A stretch of 64,000 nt of DNA from Hemiscyllium ocellatum (taxonomy: Eukaryota), in the NCBI RefSeq assembly GCF_020745735.1, contig NW_026867487.1, forward strand, positions 2,480,001 to 2,544,000. Direction: 5' to 3'. Made by a program: the position numbers and the translations under genes. The notes beneath the pieces are model-generated. The model did no database searches, was not told where the DNA came from, and saw only the letters and a program-made list of their open reading frames with translations. This document shows, piece after piece, positions 1 through 12,094 of this stretch (positions are counted from its first letter, which is position 1; the number at the start of each line of letters is the position of its first letter).

Positions 1-780
1 AGTGCTGCACTGTTGGAGGGTCACTGCTGAGGTAGCGGGCACTGTCGGAGGGTCAGTGCTGTGGGAGTGCTGCACTGTTGAGGGTCAGTGCTGAGGGAGC
101 GGGCACTGTCGGAGGGTCAGCACTGATGGGGAGGGCACTGTCGGAGAGTCAGTGCTGAGGGAGTGGGCTCTGTGGGAGGATCAGTGCTGAGGGTGCGGGC
201 ACTGTTGGAGGGTCAGTGATGAGGGAGCGCACCCTGTCGGAGGGTCATTGCTAAGGGAGAGGGCGCTGTTGGAGGGTCAATGCTGTGGGAATGCTGCACT
301 GTTGGAGGGTCAGTACTGAGGGAGAGGGCGCTGTCGGAGGGTCAGTGCTGAGGGAGCGGGCACTGTTGGAGGGTCAGTGTTGAGGGAGCGCCGCACTGTT
401 GGAGGGTCAGTATTGAGGGAGCACCACACTGTTGGAGGGTCAGTGTTGAGGGAGTGGGCGCTGTCGGAGGGTCAGTGCTGAGGGAGCGCTGCACTGTCGG
501 AGGGTCTTTACTGAGGGAGCACCACACTGTCGGAGGGTCAGTGCTGAGGGAGTGGGCGCTGTCGGAGGGTTAGTGCTGAGGGAGTGGGCGCTGTCGGAGG
601 GTCAGCGCTGAGGGAAGACCGCACTGTCGGAGGGTCAGTGCTGAGGGAGCGCCGCACTGTTGGAGGGTCAGTATTGAGGGAGCACCACACTGTCGGAGGG
701 TCAGTGTTGACGGAGTGGGTGCTGTTGGAGGGTCAGTGCTGTGGGAACACCGCACTGTCAGAGGGTCAGTGCTGCACTTA
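1..780 (+). repeat. 32-33 bp tandem satellite (consensus about GTCAGTGCTGAGGGAGYGCTGCACTGTCGGAGG), ~24 copies, probably continuing left of the window
   Basis: Unit visible directly; the small ORFs here translate the periodicity (TLQQCGAPS repeats). Confidence 0.95.
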
Positions 781-823
781 TCAGTAGGTAGTTAAAGTGG
801 TTACGAACTCACATGTGTGACTT

Positions 824-1171
824 GATTTGGAGGTGCCGGTGTTGGACTGGGGTGGACAAAGTTACAAATCACACAACACCAGGTTATAGTCCAACAGGTT
901 TAATTGGAAGCACACTAGCTTTCAGAGCGACGTTCCTTCATCAGCCCTTCACTATCAACTGATGAAGGAGCGTCGCTCCGAAAGCGAGTGTGCTTCCAAT
1001 TAAACCTGTTGGACTATAACCTGGTGTTGTGTGATTTTGTAACTGTGTGATACTTGGCATTATTTCCCATGGCATAGGGTTTAAGAGCAAGGAAGTAATG
1101 CTGCAAATGTATAAAACCCCCAACACATTCTCAAAATGTACACCCCAGTCCAACACCAGCATCTCCAAATC
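824..1171. mobile_element. Palindromic short element (family B) with head-to-head hammerhead-like cores; right arm interrupted by a ~90-bp insert
   Basis: Arm ~861-944 is the near-exact reverse complement of ~959-1044; outer ends GATTTGGAGGTGCCGGTGTTGGACTGGGGTG / CACCCCAGTCCAACACCAGCATCTCCAAATC are also inverted; CTGATGA-A-GGAGC-GTC-GCTCC-GAAA at 959-983. Confidence 0.8.
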
Positions 1172-1597
1172 CTGACACACTCTCAGGCGGTGTAGTCAAG
1201 ATTGTAACAACACAATTCTTAAAAAGGTATCCCCCAAATTCACCTCTTATCTTCCATCAACCACTGAAAACAGTTGTGTTCTGGCCACTGATCTAAGTTG
1301 TGAAGCACTCTGCTCAAACCTGCACTTAACCACTTCTGGTCATTCACTCTCCTTTTCTTGGAGTCAGCATGAATCACCAAACTCAAACATTCATCTATCT
1401 CCCTCTGTTGGACAATCACTGTATCACTCACACTTGTCTGCCATGCCTTTATTTATTTCTGTTTATTCGGGTCCCAATGAATCACTGAACTCAAACATTC
1501 ATCTGTCATTCATCTATCTTCCTGTATGAGACATTTTCTGTAACACTTGGATTCAGCTACAAGGCAGACTGAAATAAGACCCTGAGATGTTGGAGTA

Positions 1598-2378
1598 GGG
1601 ATGTTTCCCAGGGTCAACAGCTTAGTGTTCAGTTTCCACGTTCCCTTACCCGCCCACTGCTCGTCCTGTAGGTGACAGTCAGCCAGCAGGAGGCAGTGGT
1701 CAGAGAAGAACACCGGCTTGACGTTGGTGGTTCTGACTGAGAGCGTTCGGGACACAAACAGGTAATCTATCCTTGAGCGGATAGACCCGTCTGCCCGTGA
1801 CCAGGTGCATCTACGCTGCGCTCCGTTTGCAGGGGTGCTGAAGACGTTGTGCAGCTTGGCATCTTTGACCGTTTCCATCAGGGCTCTGGATGTGGCGTCC
1901 AGTTTACTGTCACCCCCACCGGATCGTCTATCTGCATCAATGATACAGTTGAAGTCTCTGGCCAGAATGACCAGCCTGGACGTAGCCAGCAACGGTGGAA
2001 GCTGCTGCAGGACGGCCAACCGTTCACTCTTACCCGCTGGGGCGTACACGTTGATTAGTCTCACGGTAGCGTTTCTGTATTTAACATCCGCGACAAGGAG
2101 GCGCCCCCCACCACCTCCTTAACCTCAGAGATGGTGAAGTTGCCTCCCCACAACAGGATACCCAGGCCTGAGGAGCGGTTATCGTTGCCTCCCGACCACA
2201 CTGACGGCCCATGGGCCCACAAGCTCGACCATCTCCTGTAGCTGCTGAGGTGCGGTATCCCACACTCCTGCAGAAACAGGACATTGGCTTTGACGTTGGC
2301 CAGGAAGGCCAGCATTGAAACACATCGCGCAGCAGATTTTATGCTGCGCACATTAATACTGGCAATTTTAATCCCCAT
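1598..2378 (-). pseudogene. Tx1/L1-clade LINE ORF2, APE endonuclease domain only (frameshifted, broken off before RT)
   Basis: Motifs IASINVR, LFLQE, LINVYAP, (G)DFNC, SRIDY, FSDH, WKLN; one frameshift near 2064-2110. Confidence 0.9.
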
Positions 2379-2383
2379 TTCTT

Positions 2384-3807
2384 TTAACAAGTTGTGAGGT
2401 TACCTGTGTCCAATTGCCGCTGGTCCTGCCTCTCTGGAGTAGCTTTTTGCATCCCCATGCAGAACACGAACTGCTGGACCCTCGCTGGGCTGAGGTAGCT
2501 GTCCAGCTCCTCACTTGGCCCATTTGCCCGCTCCGGTGTCATCGGACCGGGACCAGGGTCCATGCTGTCTGCTTCTATATCTGACAGTGGGGCTGTCAGA
2601 GGGTCGCTGCTCCCAGTGACCTGGAAGCTGTGTGGCGGTGGGGCCCTCCTGGCTTTCACCTGGTGGCGGGTGGTAGCTTCCCATTGCCTCAGGAGGTTCG
2701 TCCCTTGGTTGGCAGTTGCTGCTCTCCTTTCTCCCTGAAGTGCTCTGCCTCTTCTTTTGGTGACGACCCTCCTTACGTCTGTCCTCACCCTCCGAAGAAC
2801 TGTCCGTGTCTTCCCCATGCAGCTGCCTTTTCCCCTTTTTCTGGGAGGTTTTGGCAGCCGGGTGGGTTTTCCTCCTCTTGTTTTGCACCAGGATCCGTTC
2901 CTCTGCCTCCTTTCCCTTTTCCTCCTCCTCCGCCTTTCCTGTTGGAGCTTTGCTCGGCAGCTGTCCCTCTTCAGTAGCTGTCGTCTGATCTGCTCCGGCC
3001 TGTCCTTCTTTTTGCGTGCCCCCAGACACTGTTGCCTTGCTGGTTTTGTGGCCCACCCCCAGCCATCTGTGCATAGGTGGCGGCCCCCACATCTTGGGCA
3101 GGCCTTGTACACGTGGCCCGCCTCCCCACACAGATTGCAGTTTTTTGCCTCCTTGCATTCTTTGGTCAGGTGGCCCTCCTTCTTGCAGTTTCGACAGATC
3201 ATGACCTTGCAGTCCGCTGCCATGTGGCCTGATCTCCCGCAGGTTTGGCACACTTTCGGCTGCCCTGCATAAGTCAAGTACCCTCTGCTCCCTCCGATAG
3301 CAAAGTTGGAGGGTGGGTGGAGGATGTTCCTACTAGCATCAAACCTCAGGGTTACCTTGACCTGTCGTTTGCTGGTCCAGATCCCGAAAGGGTCAACCAC
3401 GTCAGTGCTTTCTCCCTCAACCTGCACATATCTCCTCAGGAACGTCAGGACATCAGTTGCTGGAACATAGGGGTTGTACATGTGGATCGTAACAACCCGA
3501 CTCCTCTGTGCAGGAAGCACACACAACGGGACTGCCGACAAGATGGAGAACAGCGGCTCCCCCCCTTTTCCTTGAAGACCTTCAGGAGCTGCTCGCATTG
3601 CTTCACGCTCCTGAAGGTGACGTAAAAACAACCTCCCACAGGGAAATCCTTCAGGCAGTACACATCCGCTGTGGCGAACCCACAGCACTCCAGCAAAATC
3701 TTCTTGACGAACACCGTCCGATCGACCAGTGTGTGCTCCTCCACCTTCTTGACCCTGACTGTGTTGCGAATGCCCTGGCCCGGGGCGTGGGCAGCTGTTG
3801 AGGCCAT
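2384..3807 (-). pseudogene. Tx1/L1-clade LINE ORF1 (ZCCHC3-like, three CCHC zinc knuckles), frameshifted
   Basis: MASTAAHAPGQGIRNTVRV start at 3807; CQTCGRSGHMAADC, CRNCKKEGHLTKEC, CNLCGEAGHVYKAC; ORF1 stop at 2384 lies just before the ORF2 ATG at 2378. Confidence 0.88.
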
Positions 3808-3891
3808 AGCTCTGAGGTTAGCTGGTCCCAAAATTGCTGTTAGGCTGAAGCCAGCATGAAGATCCACCAGTAGCAGGTCAGCACAACCAAA

Positions 3892-3975
3892 CGATCCTCC
3901 TCGGATGCTATGTGCTCTGCTGCGCTTATCCAACACCACACTCTCGACTCTGATCTCCAGCATCTGCAGTTCCCA
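3892..3975. mobile_element. Fragment of family A short element (no ribozyme core)
   Basis: CACCACACTCTCGACTCTGATCTCCAGCATCTGCAGT is shared with 25330-25365. Confidence 0.7.
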
Positions 3976-4029
3976 CTTTGTTCTAGTAATCGGATTTTCT
4001 ATTTTCTGTTCTTGGTGTTTCATTCTGTA

Positions 4030-7000
4030 ATTTTGGAAATAAATTTTGTTAGTTTAAAACTTTGGCAGTCAACCCAGCTAATTTACACGAGGAATATCCA
4101 CTGTATACCGAGCTAAACAAATAGCAAAGTTATGGCCTGGGCTACCTGCTTAAAGAGGTTTTGAGGGGTCTGGCCTAGTCCATAACAGACTGGGGGCTGT
4201 TTGTGAGGTTTAGCTAGCGAGTGGAAGGTGTTAGTGTCTTTTAGTTTGGGTGTTGGTTTGGTTGGTTTAAACAGTGAGGAGAAAGTGAGGACTGCAGATG
4301 CTGGAGATTGGAGCTGAAAATGTGTTGCTGGAAAAGCTGCAGCAGGTCAGGCAGCATCCAAGGAGCAGGAGAATCGACATTTCGGGCATGAGCACTTCTT
4401 CAGGAAGGTTTAAACAGTGCTCAGATAGCAATGGTTCTTTCAGTAACCAAGGAGTTTCTGAAGGTGGAAGGAGCGCCCTTGAAGGTTTTACAAAAGGCAA
4501 ATAAGACCAAGCTGCAGGAATTAATCGACAAGCTGGAATCCAAGTTACCTACTAATGTGCGGAAAGATGAGATGATTGCAGCTTTGGCTAACATTTAAAT
4601 TTGCGGGAAACCCCATCAGGATCTGTAGAGATACGAAACGTCAATTGCATATGAAGAAGCTTCAGTGAGAAGCAGAAATGAAACAGTTTGATTGATGATT
4701 AAAATCGGTGGAAAACGAAGGGCTTTAGCAGAAGAGAAAGGAAAAGAGAGAAAGTTTGAACTTCAGAAATTGACACTTTAAAAGGAAAGTCAGCATAAGA
4801 GGCTGGAGATAAAGGCTGAAGGTAGGCTTGGTGAGGATGAGCAAGCCCCTGGTAGTCAGAAGCCGAGTGAGAAACTGTTTAAGTACGTTCAAGCATTGCC
4901 TACATTTGATGAGAAGGCTGTGGAAACCTTTTTCAACTCATTTGAAAATGTGGTTAAAGAAATGGAGTGGCCAATGACCATGTGGGTTTTGCCGATCCAA
5001 ACCAACTTGTAGCTAGGGCTGGCGAGGTATTCGCATCTCTGTCAGATGTGTGTTTAGGAGTTTGAGTAGGAGTTTGTTGAAAAAAGCCATCTTAAGTGCA
5101 TATGAGCTTGTACCAGAAGCCGATAGACAATGTATCAGGAATCCAAGGAGGGACCCTGCTCAAACCAATATTAAGTATGAAAGGATCAAACAAAGTAATT
5201 TTGATAGGTGTTGATAAGAGCTTTAAAAATAGAATAAACTTACGATGCCCTTACAGAGACAATTATTTTGGAGAAATTCAAAAATTCACTGCCTGACATA
5301 GTGTGAACTCATGTGGAACAACAGGAAGTTAAAATGACAAGGATAGCAGCTGAAGTGGCGGACGATTACGAGCTGGTCCATAAACCACGGTTTGGCTTCC
5401 CGAATCAATTTCAATCCATGGGGGTAGAGGTTGGGGCAAAGAGAAATCCTTATGTGGAAAGGAAAGGTAGATCTCAGTGAAGATCATAAAGAGAACTTAC
5501 CACAGGGCAAAAAGGAAACCCTTAAAGGGGACAAAGAAGGTAAAAAGCTCTGATGGTTTCATTGCTATAAAGTTGGCCACATGAAACCACAGTGCTGGTG
5601 GGCTTGGAGAAAGGACAGGAAAGCTAGACATGGGAAAGCAGGATAAGCCGAGAAGTTTTCTTGGAGGGGTAACTGAAAGCTAGAAAGCTGCATCAGAGGT
5701 TGGTTAAGGAGGAAGTGCCAGATGTGCTTAAAAAATATACCTGCAAGGGTAAAGTTTATTCACATAAGCCAGGAGTAGCAGGGAAAGAGGTTTCAAATAT
5801 TAAGGGACACAGGATCCCCTCAATCTGTGATGCTGAAAGATTGAGGAAATATGTACTCCAGAGGGACTATTGCCAGAAAAAGTACAGGTAACAGGAATTC
5901 ATGGTGAGAGAAAAAGTGCTCAATTATGTAAAGTGAGATTAGAGTGTTCAGAGAAGAGTGGAGAATTTGTGGTAGGAGCACTGGATAAAATCTCAGCTCC
6001 AGGAATACAACTTGTCCTTGCGAATGATGTAGTTGATTCACTGGTAGCGTGCTGCCTACAGTAGTTGAAAAGCAAGTACAGATTCAAGCAACTGAAGCAA
6101 TTCAGGAGTGTTATTTGGGAATCCTCCCTAAATATGTATTAACGAGGCCACAGAGTTGAAGGAGAGGAAATCAAAGGGTACAGATAAGGAAGCTGAAGTA
6201 ACGTTAGCAGACACTGTATTCAATCAGTTAGTTGGGCCAAACCAAAAGCAAATAAATGATCATGCAAATATCTTTACCTCTGCAAAACTCATTGAGTTGC
6301 AGCAGAAAGATGAAAATTTAAAACAGTTATATCAAAAGGCATATACAGAAAAAGCATTTGAATGTATCCCTGTGTGTTATTAGCTGAAAAATGATGTCTT
6401 AATGAGGAAATGGAGACCATCAGATATTCAAGCAGATGAGAAATGGGCACAGATTCATCAAATTGTATTGCCAATGGGGTATAGAAAGGAGGTATTGCAA
6501 GTGGCACATAAATTACCACTTCGAGGTCATTTAGGAGTGAGGAAAACACAGGCTAAAATACAAAGGCATTTTTATTGGCCTGGACTACACAAGGATGTAG
6601 TTGAATTTTGCCAGACGTGTCATCCAGACAATCAGGCATGTCAGCTCATCGGAAGATTTCCAGAGGCCATTCCATTATGCATCGCAGCTAAAAGGATTGT
6701 AGAGGAATTACTCAAACTTTTTACTAGATACGGATTACCAATAGAGGCACAGTCAGGTCAAGGGTCAAACTTCACATCCAAACTATTCAAGTAAGTTATG
6801 GACAGCTTAGACATAAAGCAATTCAAATCTACTGCGTACCATCCAGAATCGCAGGAAGTTGAAGAAAGATGGCATCAAACACTAAAGACAATGTTGAGGG
6901 CTTAGAGTCAGGATTATCCAGATGATCGGAGTTCTGTCTGTATTTTTTTGCGATCAGAGATGTACCAAATGAATTGACCAAATTCAGTCCATTTGAATTA

Positions 7001-8640
7001 GCTTTTGGGCATGAAGTAAGAGACCATTAAATTTGATCAAAGAGAAATTAGTAAGTCAGAATTTAGAGACCACACATTTGGATTATTTTAAAGAACGAGT
7101 AAATAGAGCTGGGGAGTTGGCTAGACAGCATTTAAAAGTATCTCAAAATGTGATGAAACAGGAAGCAGATAGGAAATCAAAAATTTGCAATTTTGCCATC
7201 GGGGATAAAGTATTGTGTTACTTCCAGTAATAGGTGAACGTTTAAAAGCGAGGACCTTATCAAATCAAAAGGAAATTGAGTGAGGTGAACTACTTGATAA
7301 GGACTCGGGACAGGAAGAAATCTCACGGAGTGTGTTATGTGAATATGCTCAATAGATATTTTGATAAGGAAGGAAAACAAGAGGAGAAGGTGTTAATGAT
7401 TACGGCACAGAAGGAGGAACCAAGTTCAGAGGATTCTGAATTGACATTCCTCAAATCAAATTGGACAATGAGGAAGTTGTCAAAAATTGGGATAAATTAT
7501 TGGGTTATCTTCCTGAGAAAAATTGAAATGACCTGAAAGAGTTATTCCTATCAAATGGGGAGATATGTGGAAATAAACTGAGAAGTACTAATCGAATTGT
7601 GCATGACGTAGAGGTAGGAGATGCTGTTCTGGTGAAGCAACATCCTTATCGGCATATCCCTGTAAAGGTGGCACACGCTAAGAAGGAGATAGAGCGCATG
7701 CTTTAAGATGGCATAATCGAAGTGAGTTACAGTGACTGGAGCTCACCCGTAGTCATGGTGCCAACGCCAGATGGTACCCAATGGTGATGTACGGACTATC
7801 GCAAACCCAACGCAGTTACAAAAACTGATGCATATCTAATTCTGCAGTTGGAAGACTGTGTTGAAAAGGTGGGAAAAGCAACTTACATTTCTAAGTTGGA
7901 CTTAGATTACCCAACTGTGCTGTGTACATTGATGACCTGGTGATTTTTAGTCACACATGGAAGGAACATTTACAGCAAACAGCATTTATTGGACTTGTTT
8001 GATTGACTTCGGAAGGGAAGCTTGGTGGTAAACTTAGCTAAAAGTGAATTTGCCAAAGCCTAAGTCACCATCCTGGGCCATGTTATTGGACACAGACAAA
8101 TGGCCTCACAGAATGTTATCGGGGAATTTCCCATACCTTTGATAAAAAGAGCTGTACTACAGTTCCTGGGTCTGAGTGGATTTTATCAAAAGTTTGTTAA
8201 GCAGTGTGGCAGCTCCACTCACTGAATTACTAAAGAAAGGCAGTGGACAGTGGACTCTCAGAAGGAATTTGACAGTTTGAAAGCTGTATTAACCACTGGC
8301 CTGGTATGAGCCATATCTGATTATACAAAGCTTTTCAAAGTGGCTATCGATGCCAGTGATGTGGGTGTTGCTGCTGTGCTCCTGCAGGAAGACGACGAGA
8401 GGATAGAAAGACCTATCGGGTTTTTCTTCAGGAAATTGAATGTTTACCAACAAAAATATTCAGCAGTTGAGAAAGAGACTTTAAGCTTGGTGTTGGCACT
8501 ACAAAACTGCCATGATTATATTATCAGCAACACATCTGAGACAATCCTGGACACTGATCATAATCCATTGAAGTTTGTGGATAAATTTAAGGATAAAAAT
8601 GCCAGACTGTTTAAATGCTACAGTGCTACAAGAGAATGTA
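4030..8640 (+). mobile_element. Decayed Gmr1-like Ty3/Gypsy LTR retrotransposon (gag/SCAN-like - zinc knuckle - PR - IN - RT - RNaseH)
   Basis: Putative LTR end TAACA at 4187 followed by PBS-like GACTGGGGGCT; SCAN-like gag (SAYELVPEA); CFHCYKVGHMKPQCW knuckle ~5556; integrase HHCC (AHKLPLRGHLGVRKT...CQTC) at 6402; RT ~7600-8100; RNaseH (AIDASDVG...EKETLSLV) at 8340; many stops and frameshifts; 5' boundary approximate. Confidence 0.85.
4277..4406 (-). mobile_element. Family A short retroelement with a degenerate hammerhead core, inserted in the Gypsy leader
   Basis: 13-bp direct repeat GGTTTAAACAGTG at 4264-4276 and 4407-4419; the minus strand reads CTGAAGA-A-GTGC-TCAT-GCCC-GAAA-TGTC. Confidence 0.85.
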
Positions 8641-8902
8641 CAACCTGGTCAGGGGTTGGTGAATAAGAGAGTACCAGATCTATTTCAAGAATTGACCTGT
8701 GTGGGTACCAGAAGGAGTCAGTAAAGAAATTAAAATTTTAAGGGATACAGGAGCAAGTCAGTCTTTGATGGTGAGAGATGAGGAGGTATGTACTTTGAAG
8801 GAGTATGCCCAGAATATGTGGTGAGAAGAGCAGTGCTGTATTCTGTAAGATGAGGTTGGAGAGTCTGCTGAAAAGTGGTGAAGTGGTGGTAGCAGTAATA
8901 GA

Positions 8903-9258
8903 GAGGATGGGGAAGAGGGTTGATGGGGATGTAGGAGGATGAGAATGAGGTAGGATAGGGATGCATGAGAAATGGGATGATGGAGGATGGGGATGAGGGA
9001 GGATGGGAAACAGGGAGGATAAGGATGAGGGAGGATGGGAAAGCGGGAGGATAAAGATGAGGGAGAATGGGGATGAGGAAGGATGGGGATGTGGGAGGAT
9101 GTAGTTGAGGTAGGATGGGAAAGAGGGAGGATAAGAATGAGGAAGAATGGTGACGTGGGAGGATGGGGATGAGGGAGGATGGGGATGAGGGAGGATGGGG
9201 ATGAGGGAGGATGGGGATGTGAGAGGATGGGGATGTGGGAGGATGGGGATAAGGGAGA
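8903..9258 (+). repeat. Purine-rich minisatellite (~16-bp GGATGGGGATGAGGGA)
   Basis: Directly visible; near-perfect copies at about 9160-9250. Confidence 0.9.
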
Positions 9259-11549
9259 ATGTGTATTGCGGTAAGTGTAACAATATGGCTCCAGTTTTAT
9301 CCTCCACCACCTGGCTTTCTAAAATATAGCATTTATTCGCAAACTCTAACATTCTTTTAAACATGTTTTGTTATTTTCTGTAGCTGATGATGATATTTTA
9401 ATTATCTATGTGTACGAATCCCTATGAGTCTTTGCACCATCAGTATTTCTAAATTATCACCTTTTTCAAAGTATTCAGGCCAACCCGTTCTGGCTCTGAA
9501 GTGGATGACCCACACACTTGCCAGCATTGGAGTTTATTTGCCACAGTTTGGTCTATTCACTGAATCTACTATTATTTCTTGCTAATTTGATGCTTCCTGA
9601 TGTTTTATTTACAAGGCTGCTTATCTTTCTGTGCAAAGCATATTTGGATCTGGTGTTTTTGATCCCATTATTAAAATCGCCGATTACCATCGTGGGGTCA
9701 CATATACTGGGAGGAGGTGGTGGCGATCACACTGCACTTGTATTTTTATATTTTTATTTGTTTGTGGGATGTGATCATCATTTGCTAGGCTGGCATTTAG
9801 TGCCCATTCCTAATTGCCCTGGGGTCAAGGATGGCAGATTTCCATCACTAAAGGACAGGAATGAACCACATTGATTTTTACAATGGACAGAGGTTACATG
9901 ATCGCCATTGTTTTTTTTATTGTAGATTTTTAATCATTTCAAATTTCACCATGTCCCATGGTGGGATTGGACCCCATGTCCTGGATTTCTGGATTACTAG
10001 CCCAGTGACATTACCAGTATACCTCCCCTGATAAAATGCACAAATCCAGTGTAATGTTTTGGGGTCATATAATCCCATTTCCCATGGCAGACAACCCAAA
10101 GAAATATCTGGAATCAAAACCTGATCTAATGATGACTATGTAACCACTGTGGATCCTCAGAAGAAAATCCATCTGGTTGACAAATGACCTTTGGGGAAAA
10201 AAAATTGCTATTTTCCATGACAGATAATCATGAGGGAATTCCCATCATCTGACCTTGTCTTGGAGACACAGTATTGAGATGGACGGTCCAGTTGGTTTTG
10301 GTCAGTGGTAACTCCAAGACATTAATAGTAGGGGATTCAATAATGATAATGAGATTGGATGTGAGGGGTCTCCTTTGTTGGAAATGGTCATTGCCTGGCA
10401 CTTGTGTGAAGTTCCTTCCTACTTCGCGACCCAAGAGAGAATATGGTTCAGGTCTTGCTATGTAAGGACACGGACTGCTGCAATGTATGAGTCGTTGTGA
10501 ATGGCTGTTATACATTGTGCAATTAACTGAAAACATTACCACTTCTTTCCTAACTATGGAGTAAAGGCCATTCTTAAAGATGGTTGGGCTTGGGACACTA
10601 TTATGAGGAACTGCAGCTGTGAGATCCTGGAACCAAAGTCATTCACATCACACAGCAACAGTCAATTTCTTTTGTGCTAGTCATGACCTAAAGTGTATTT
10701 CTGCATCATCCCCTCAATCTGTGGAAAGCACCACACTGGTTTCTGCTGTGCTTGTATACAGTTTCCTCGATATCTGTACAGTCCCACAATACAACTATGG
10801 TTCTGTGGAACGTCCTTACTCTGTGTATAGTTCCACACATAACTATGTTTCTATGTGTTGGTCTATGGACTAGTGACCAGTTATCGATGACAAAAGCCTT
10901 TTGCCTACCAACAACTGTGTCATCAGTTTTCTGGGAACTGAACCTTTTGGGGTGGAAACACATCAAAGAGAGAAGTTGTTTGATCTCCATGGGAGTTGAT
11001 TCTCTGGTCTCTGCAGTTCAAACCTATTTTAAATATGAAAATCTGTTCCTCTTTCCTTCAGCGGTTGTTGTAAGCTGTGAGTTTTAACTGAAACGTCAGA
11101 GCCCTTTTCTCAGTGAACCATGCAGTTTGTGTCTCTTGCAAAACAGTGGAAACTTTTGCAGAAATATGATTGAAAAGCAACATTCTGACTGGTATAATAA
11201 TCACAAGGATCACCTCAGCAATCTGTTAATAGGAATCACTGAAATGTCTCCAGGTTTTCCTATGTCTGAAACCTATTTTTCCCTGTCTGTTTTTCTGACT
11301 GTGAGTTTAAGGAGGAGTTTATAAGGGGATTGGAGTTTTAGTTTAATGTGTTATACACAGATGTTTATCTGTAGCTACAATCTTTCTGACTTCTTGGTCA
11401 GGACAAACACTTGGTCCATGCTTTCTGTCTACTTGGATCTGTGAATCAGATGAAATAGGAAATTCAGTGTATTTATTTTAACATTTGGAACTTTGTGCTA
11501 ACTCCAGGAGAGGGCTTGATATCCACTACACACTCGCGTGAATCCTGAA

Positions 11550-12050
11550 AGTATAGTCCCATTGTCTAACTGTGTTTCTGTTGACTTCTCCCATTTTGAA
11601 TGGGGTCTGACATTGTAACTGTGTTTCTGTAGAGTCCCCTCACTTTGTGTACAATTATGCTGTCACTGATATGCTGAAGTATCCCTCACTCTGTGTGCAG
11701 TCCCACATTGTAAATGTTTCTCCATAGTTCATTTACTCTGTGCACAGTCAGCACTGTAACCATGTTTTTGTACTTCGCTCACACTGTACAATCTTGCAAC
11801 TGTGTTTCTGTTCAGCTTTCTCACTCAGCATACAGTTCCATACGAGGAATTTCTGGAGCATTCTTTCAACCTGTACAAAGTCCACCCTGTAACTGTGCTT
11901 CTGCACAGTGTCCTCAATTTGTGTACAGTCCCCATACTGTCACTGTGTTTCTGTAATGTTCCCTCAATCTGTGTACTGTCTCCCACGATAAATGTGTGTT
12001 TGTGTTGTTCCCTCAGTCCGTGTACAGTCAGACACTAATTGTGCTAATAC
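11550..12050 (+). repeat. Old degenerate ~40-45 bp tandem repeat (CTGTGTACAGTCCC...CTGTAACTGTGTTTCTGT); related copies near 10760-10870
   Basis: TGTACAGTC and AACTGTGTTTCTG motifs recur with roughly 40-bp spacing. Confidence 0.65.
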
Positions 12051-12094
12051 ATTTTTCTGAGAACCTTCTTTACGTAAACTAAAAATCTTGAACT

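Noticed and set aside
3990-4025. TCTGTTCTT resembling the U2 snRNA target of Keno-type Tx1 elements
   Set aside because: Only 9 nt match, at the wrong position relative to the element end, with no other U2 sequence.
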